Shown here: in pieces, positions 58,391-64,000 of the stretch | Layout of the letters: every line of letters begins with the position of its first letter | Numbering within the stretch: position 1 is the first letter of the stretch | Assembly: GCA_964416445.1 (NCBI GenBank) | Contig: CAYQEE010000003.1 | Location: 65,946-129,945, forward strand | DNA: 64,000 nucleotides | Direction of reading: 5' to 3' | Source: an uncultured Gammaproteobacteria bacterium | Lineage (GTDB): Bacteria; Patescibacteriota; Microgenomatia; Levybacterales; UBA12049 | The notes under the pieces: generated by a model | Told to the model about the DNA's origin: nothing | The model's input: the letters and a program-made list of their open reading frames with translations, nothing else | The model's database searches: none | Position numbers and translations under genes: made by a program

Positions 58391-59743
58391 TTATCGTACT
58401 CTCAGTAATTTGGTTTTCTTTAAGTTATAATAATATGTATATAAAAAGATAATTACTTCAATACCAAGAAGTCTTTGTATCTTCTTTTCGAAATGGTACC
58501 TACGTAATGCAGCTGAGTATGATAACGTCGTGTGAACAATAAGTGTATATAAAGAATGAAATTTATTAGGTAACAAACTTTCAAGTTTCATTTCAATAGT
58601 GCTTCTTGCAATAAATGTAGGACATTCATATTTATCTTTTAACTCAATAAATCGTTTTTTGCATAAGTCAGCTAAAACATAAAGATTTGGTTTTCTAAGA
58701 GCTTCATAGGCCGAAAAAGCTTTTTCATAATCAGGATAATATTTTTCAAGAGATTTAGATAAAACGAGACAATCTTCAAATGCAGCATTTATACCTTGTC
58801 CATAAAATATTGTTACTGCATGGCAAGCATCTCCCAATAATACAACAAAATCTTTAAAATGCCATTTAGATGTATAAAGCGTCGTAAATGGTGTAGGTAT
58901 ACTTTTAATAAATTCTTCTGCTTCAGGGTGAATAAATGGATAAATGTCAGGGAAATATTTTCTAAAAAAACGTAATAAGGAAATTTTTGATTTTATTGTA
59001 TTGAAACTATTTTTTCCTCGTAGTGGTAACGTGAGTGTACAAGTAAAAAAGCCTTTTTTATTAGGAATTCCAAAAATTGCACATTTATTCCGTGACCATA
59101 AATGAAATGCGTTTTGTTTGAATGGTAAAGTGCCTTTTTTGGGAGCAGGTATATAAATATTTTTATATCCCCAATCTAAATATTCCAGTTTAGCTTCTGT
59201 ATACTTTTTCTTTTGTAACGCATTCCGCACAACAGAATGAATTCCATCGGCGCCAATCAGAACATGTATTTTTTTAATAGTAATTTTATTTAATTTAGTA
59301 TTTTTTATATGTATTTTCTTATTATCAAAATCAATATGCAAACATTTACTATCAAAATTTACTGATACATTGGGATATTTTTGTAATTCGGTTAGAAGAG
59401 CTTTATTCAGATCATTTCTATTAATTGACCATTCAGTAAATTTTTGTTTATCCCCATAAGGTTGATAAAGTAGCTCATTATCAATTTGATGGATTATTCT
59501 CCCCTTTTCTTGCAAAGTTAATTTCTGGATTTTGTTCCATAATTTTACTTCTTTTAACGCTTTGATACCTTTAACTGAAAGTGATTGATTAATAGATCTA
59601 TTGGAAATAATAGATTGGTTGATAAAATCTTTACTTCGCGACTCATAAATTTCTACAATAAATTTTTTTTGTGCTAAATAAATTGCCATTAAACAACCAC
59701 CCATACCTGCCCCAATGATCGTAATATGTTTTTTATTCGTCAT
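58391..59743 (-). CDS. Kynurenine 3-monooxygenase-like FAD-dependent monooxygenase
   Basis: GAGMGG, RSINQSLS.KG, GRIIH, GADG, GDACHAVTIFYGQGINAAFED. Confidence 0.8.
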   Translation of the reverse strand: MTNKKHITIIGAGMGGCLMAIYLAQKKFIVEIYESRSKDFINQSIISNRSINQSLSVKGIKALKEVKLWNKIQKLTLQEKGRIIHQIDNELLYQPYGDKQKFTEWSINRNDLNKALLTELQKYPNVSVNFDSKCLHIDFDNKKIHIKNTKLNKITIKKIHVLIGADGIHSVVRNALQKKKYTEAKLEYLDWGYKNIYIPAPKKGTLPFKQNAFHLWSRNKCAIFGIPNKKGFFTCTLTLPLRGKNSFNTIKSKISLLRFFRKYFPDIYPFIHPEAEEFIKSIPTPFTTLYTSKWHFKDFVVLLGDACHAVTIFYGQGINAAFEDCLVLSKSLEKYYPDYEKAFSAYEALRKPNLYVLADLCKKRFIELKDKYECPTFIARSTIEMKLESLLPNKFHSLYTLIVHTTLSYSAALRRYHFEKKIQRLLGIEVIIFLYTYYYNLKKTKLLRVR

Positions 59744-59839
59744 AGTGTCAAACGTATCTAAAACAACGAAAACTAATATAGGATAATTATAAGTATAATA
59801 TACTTATTTTTATAGCCTGTATTAAAGACAAGAACAATA

Positions 59840-59868
59840 ATTATATAAATTATTATAAGATATGTCAA
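59840..59868 (-). promoter_or_regulatory. Consensus sigma70 promoter for the monooxygenase
   Basis: TTGACA (59868-59863)-17 nt-TATAAT (59845-59840). Confidence 0.75.
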
Positions 59869-60031
59869 TAGATCCCATTACTTGGTATATTCTGGATGTT
59901 CTACATGTAAGATAATGTAAGAATTTGCACTTAAAATGTTAATAAAACAATCAAATTCGAGGTATCATCTTGATTTACTGAAGAAGAAAAGGTTTAGACG
60001 AGAGGAGTTAATATTATAAGATACAATAATA

Positions 60032-61441
60032 CTATTTGATATTAATATTTAAAGTAAATGATGTATTTTGTAAACAACCTGCTGATGGATCACAGGGTGG
60101 ATTTGAAGTTATAGCAATATGGGTCATTCCAGACCTTAAGGCATGAAAAACAGCATACCAGTTATTTTGCTGGTCATTATATTTTAACCTCTCGGTCTGC
60201 AACAAATTACTTGATGGGTTTATAATTACCGAATACGTAGAATTCCTATCAAGATTAAGTTGTAATCCAACTATATCATTCCTTGCAATAGAAACAGTTT
60301 GTGCATTGTTTTCGCTGGTGTACATATAATCATTTGGGACGCTTAGCATTGGTAGAGAAATAGGAATTGAGGTTCTTCCTAAGGCAAATTTTTGTATCAC
60401 ATACGCCGCAGGGTAAAGAGTATTAGCTCCTTCTTGAACTATATTCCAACCGTCAGTATTAATATCTTGTGCATAAAATGTGTAAGCTATGGATCCAATA
60501 GTGTAATCGCTTTGTTCTTGGATAGTTGAATAGACTCCATTATAAACATTTGCTTGTAGCTCTTTGCTACCAATAGTATTTTGATCTGTAATTCTATCAC
60601 CATTTCCTGAACCGAATTCTTCAATAAGTATAGGTTTATCAGGTATATTTGAGTGAATTTGATCAATAGCGTATTGTGTTAAGTTGTTTGGATTAGGAAG
60701 AATTCCATAATTGGGCTTATCAAAACCGTAAACATGTAGAGAATAGAAATCGACAAAATTAGATAATGATTTTGCAGTATTTGGATCATCCCAAATAAAT
60801 TGGTCATCTGCATTTTTTGGATTAGGATTTTGTATTTTCCAAGCTCCTATAGTGATAAGCATAGAAGAATTTTTTTGTTTAATCCTATTTGCAGCTTGCT
60901 GGAGTACCATTAAATGATCTTGCGTAATGAGGGGTTCGTTTTTAATATCAATAGCATAAATATCAGGATTTGATATAACATTATTATCTAGTAAATAACT
61001 CTGTAAAAAATTTAAATAAGTTTGAGAGAAATCTCGAGGATTTAACTCCGGAGCTTCTACTAAAATGATTGCCTTTATGCCATTATGTTCCATTTTATTG
61101 AGTACTTTATCCCATTGGTCCTTTGTATACACTGTCAGACTATTGGTATTTGGAAAACCTTCTTCTGATGAAGTAATGCGAAATGTATTAATTCCTAATT
61201 TATGGGCGATATCAATAAGATCTTCTCCTTTGCTATTTATTACATATCGCTGTGAATCTGGAAGTAACTCGCTCATATCAACATTCACTCCGTAAATAAT
61301 TGGCCTTGTTTGATTATTTGCATGAATATTCAGATGTAAAGGTGAATATACTGACCAAATACTGTTTTTATAAGACATTAAGCCATATAGGACGGTAATG
61401 AATATTATTAAAATGATTGAAAGAACTGATATTTTTTTCAT
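60032..61441 (-). CDS. Secreted clan GH-A (GH5-like) glycoside hydrolase with small C-terminal beta domain
   Basis: LGINTFR, IKNEP, DFYSLHVY, ILIEEFG; C-terminal chagasin/Ig-like segment with PPC....C. Confidence 0.78.
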   Translation of the reverse strand: MKKISVLSIILIIFITVLYGLMSYKNSIWSVYSPLHLNIHANNQTRPIIYGVNVDMSELLPDSQRYVINSKGEDLIDIAHKLGINTFRITSSEEGFPNTNSLTVYTKDQWDKVLNKMEHNGIKAIILVEAPELNPRDFSQTYLNFLQSYLLDNNVISNPDIYAIDIKNEPLITQDHLMVLQQAANRIKQKNSSMLITIGAWKIQNPNPKNADDQFIWDDPNTAKSLSNFVDFYSLHVYGFDKPNYGILPNPNNLTQYAIDQIHSNIPDKPILIEEFGSGNGDRITDQNTIGSKELQANVYNGVYSTIQEQSDYTIGSIAYTFYAQDINTDGWNIVQEGANTLYPAAYVIQKFALGRTSIPISLPMLSVPNDYMYTSENNAQTVSIARNDIVGLQLNLDRNSTYSVIINPSSNLLQTERLKYNDQQNNWYAVFHALRSGMTHIAITSNPPCDPSAGCLQNTSFTLNINIK

Positions 61442-61548
61442 AAAGATGTTAAATTAATGTTATTTTCTTAAATATTGCCTTTTTACATTAGACTTATATT
61501 ATACAGATTAATTATCAAGTTAATGCTATAATGATACAAGTAAATAGT

Positions 61549-62799
61549 ATGATCGATAGATTTGATATAGTCAGGAAACATATAAGTCATTCCCTTTACA
61601 GAAATTCTGTATATTTAATGGCTAGTACTTTTACCCTATCTGTATTTGGCTTTTTCTTTTGGATACTAGTATCTCGATTATACACTACACAACAAATTGG
61701 TATTGCTACGACAATAATATCTATTTGTGCACTTATAATGAATTTTAGTATCTTAGGTCTACGTACAAGTATTATACGCTATCTACCAAATTCCAAAAGC
61801 AAATCTGAAAAAATAAGTACGAGTTTTAATCTTATTACGATAGCCTCTATAATAGCTTCCGTTATTTTTATCATTGGAATACCATTTTTTAGTCCAATTT
61901 TAGTGTTTATTAGAAATAACTACTTCTACTCAGCTTTATTTATCATTTCTATTATTTTCAGTACTTTAAGCCTTATGATGGACAGTATATTTACAGCCTA
62001 TAGAGCAGCCGGATACGTACTTTTTAAGAATATTGTATGGTGCAGTTTTAAACTAATCCTGCCTTTTATTCTTTTATATTTAGGTTCGTATGGTATTTTT
62101 CTTTCTTTTTCGCTATCTAATGTTATCTCTGTAGTTTTATGTTTCTTCATATTGATATATAAGTTTGGATATAAATATCGTCCTTATATTGATATAACTA
62201 TCGTTAGACTTATTGCCAAGTTATCTTTTGCAAATTACGTATCGGGGTTTATATCAATGTTACCAAGCTTATTACTTCCTGTAATTATTACCAATAATTT
62301 AGGTCCAAAAGATTCAGCATATTTTTACATTGATATGATGATAGCTAACTTACTATATATTATTCCTATTGCGTCAACACAATCTCTTTTTGCCGAAGCG
62401 TCATATGATAGTAAATTGCTCCTTCAACACTTAAAAAAAACAATACTATTAATTGGCGCACTGATGTTCGTTGCAATCATTGTGACTATATTGTGGGGAA
62501 ATATTATTCTGTTATCATTTGGAAAATCTTATTCAGATTCCGGTTTTCATCTGTTACAGTTGTTCGCAATAGCAGGTGTATTTGTTTCTATAAATTCAAT
62601 TGGGGCAACTATTTTAAATATAAAGAGGAAAATTAATCTTCTTATTGGAACAAGTTTGTTTTTTGCAATCCTTACGATAACATTAAGTATTTTCTTAACT
62701 CATTATGGTTTGATTGGTATTGGTTTCTCTTGGTTGATAGGTGAAGCAATTCTTGCTGTGATAAATTATAAAATTATCCAAAAATTAATATTTAGTTAG
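61549..62799 (+). CDS. Wzx-like oligosaccharide flippase
   Basis: LYRNSVYLM...GFFFW...RLY, about 12 TM helices; start reset to ATG 61549 because ATG 61531 overlaps the TG-c-TATAAT box. Confidence 0.85.
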   Translation: MIDRFDIVRKHISHSLYRNSVYLMASTFTLSVFGFFFWILVSRLYTTQQIGIATTIISICALIMNFSILGLRTSIIRYLPNSKSKSEKISTSFNLITIASIIASVIFIIGIPFFSPILVFIRNNYFYSALFIISIIFSTLSLMMDSIFTAYRAAGYVLFKNIVWCSFKLILPFILLYLGSYGIFLSFSLSNVISVVLCFFILIYKFGYKYRPYIDITIVRLIAKLSFANYVSGFISMLPSLLLPVIITNNLGPKDSAYFYIDMMIANLLYIIPIASTQSLFAEASYDSKLLLQHLKKTILLIGALMFVAIIVTILWGNIILLSFGKSYSDSGFHLLQLFAIAGVFVSINSIGATILNIKRKINLLIGTSLFFAILTITLSIFLTHYGLIGIGFSWLIGEAILAVINYKIIQKLIFS

Positions 62800-63973
62800 C
62801 TTTCTTATTATTTAATAGGTTTCTATAAAGATTATCTATTTTTTCGACATATTTTTCCATCGCGAAATCTTCAGAACTTTTCCGTGCATAATGACTCATT
62901 TTTTCAAGTATTTGTTGGTTTTTAAATAAATAAATTACTTTCTCTGCAATTTGTAACTCACTTTTTGATTCAATAACATATCCATTTTTTCCATTGTGGA
63001 GCCATTCTGGAATACCACCTTGATTTGTTCCAATTACTGGTCTTCCTGTACTGAGTGCTTCAATTCCTATCTTACCGAAAGCTTCAGGCCAGATTGAAGG
63101 CAATAAAACAATCGTTGCTTTTTGATAATGTTCTTCCAGTTTGTCTTGAGGTAACCAATTTATAAATTTTACATTTTTCTCAACATGCAAGTTATGAACT
63201 AATTTAAGTAAGTTTTGTTTATATTCCCCGTCTCCTAGTATTGTTAAAATAGCATTGGGAAATTCTTTAATGATAATAGGTAATGCTTTTATAGCATAAT
63301 CAAATCCCTTTACTTTTTCTATTCTTCCAATACAGAGAAGATTTTGCTGATGTATTATTTTTGAATAGCGCATCAACTGTATTCCATTATATATACGTGT
63401 ATTTGGAGTAAGAACGTCTTTTGTTTGCCGTAATATGTAGTTACTTACTGAAATAAATTGGTCAACATTTCGAAATCCCAAAAGATAGATTGGTCTTTGA
63501 ATATAAGTTTGATAGAAATAGTGTAGCCATCCTTTTAAAGTGAGATTGGCAATGCTATATTCACTATTTCTAAAATCACTTTGGGGTAATGTCCATATAA
63601 CCATAGATGAAGTAAATTCTTCAGGCCCATGAATCGTGAGTACTGTAGGAATTTTTTTTAATAAAAACAAAACTGAAGGTGAAAATTCCTGCATAGTATG
63701 TAAATGAACTATATCAGGTTGAAATTCAGCTAGTACTTTTTTTACACATAGATAGGAATGAATATTAAATAAATGGGTAAATATTTTAAGTGGTGTTTTT
63801 GTGTTAATTCTCTTAAATTGATAATCACTGAAAATTCCCTTCTCTTCACCTACGTTACTAGAAATAACTTTTACGGTATAACCTTTTTCTTTTAGTAATG
63901 CGTCGGTTTTAATAATGCCTGTCTCTACTCCCCCACCAGGGAAACCATAACTTACTAAGCGTAATAATTTCAT
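62792..63973 (-). CDS. GT4 glycosyltransferase
   Basis: GGGVE, GRIEKVKG, EAFGKIGIEALSTG, GGIPE. Confidence 0.92.
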   Translation of the reverse strand: MKLLRLVSYGFPGGGVETGIIKTDALLKEKGYTVKVISSNVGEEKGIFSDYQFKRINTKTPLKIFTHLFNIHSYLCVKKVLAEFQPDIVHLHTMQEFSPSVLFLLKKIPTVLTIHGPEEFTSSMVIWTLPQSDFRNSEYSIANLTLKGWLHYFYQTYIQRPIYLLGFRNVDQFISVSNYILRQTKDVLTPNTRIYNGIQLMRYSKIIHQQNLLCIGRIEKVKGFDYAIKALPIIIKEFPNAILTILGDGEYKQNLLKLVHNLHVEKNVKFINWLPQDKLEEHYQKATIVLLPSIWPEAFGKIGIEALSTGRPVIGTNQGGIPEWLHNGKNGYVIESKSELQIAEKVIYLFKNQQILEKMSHYARKSSEDFAMEKYVEKIDNLYRNLLNNKKAN

Positions 63974-64000
63974 CGATATATCCTCGATTGTCCATTATTA

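Noticed and set aside
405-61295. Numerous 60-130 aa ORFs nested in or antisense to long genes (e.g. 405..704, 23591..23986, 43612..43971, 44775..45152)
   Set aside because: They lie entirely within well-supported genes, have no motifs or independent start signals, and are expected by chance
1-64000. CRISPR array, rRNA, intact IS/transposase or prophage
   Set aside because: No regularly spaced repeats, rRNA-like segments, or transposase/phage structural motifs were seen; Thr/Pro codon repeats are protein linkers

Overview
AT-rich, gene-dense bacterial window. Its gene content most resembles Patescibacteria/CPR, probably Microgenomates; this is an inference from the type IV pilin cluster, orphan 'LTN...KS' receiver proteins, ATP-cone/Mrr protein, tRNA-Arg(UCG) and many Thr/Pro-linker surface proteins. 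In order, the window holds: the end of a type IV pilin locus with two tandem major pilins; tRNA-His; a fused DUF1800-DUF1501 membrane-anchored protein next to a Cys-less cupredoxin; an IDI-like NUDIX protein; a PBP1A/GH18/D,D-carboxypeptidase cell-wall module followed by a 26-aa ORF with a perfect SD; RND and MacAB-type exporters; a Hanks kinase-TPR protein; typA; a catalytically degenerate Y-family polymerase; a flippase-DUF2079-hydrolase triple fusion; tRNA-Arg with a downstream 10-bp repeat of its 3' end; and a ~15 kb surface-glycan region (processive GT2, GT-C, two clan-A glycoside hydrolases, PA14 beta-propeller, Wzx, GT4) containing a kynurenine 3-monooxygenase-like gene. The best candidates for undescribed biology are (i) the DUF1800-DUF1501 fusion plus cupredoxin, (ii) the GT2/GT-C/GH/PA14 polysaccharide module, and (iii) a repeated 'leaderless uORF + hairpin + U-tract' leader in front of typA and a J-domain gene. 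No CRISPR array, rRNA or intact transposase/integrase was seen. All family calls come from motif recognition by eye; no searches were run.
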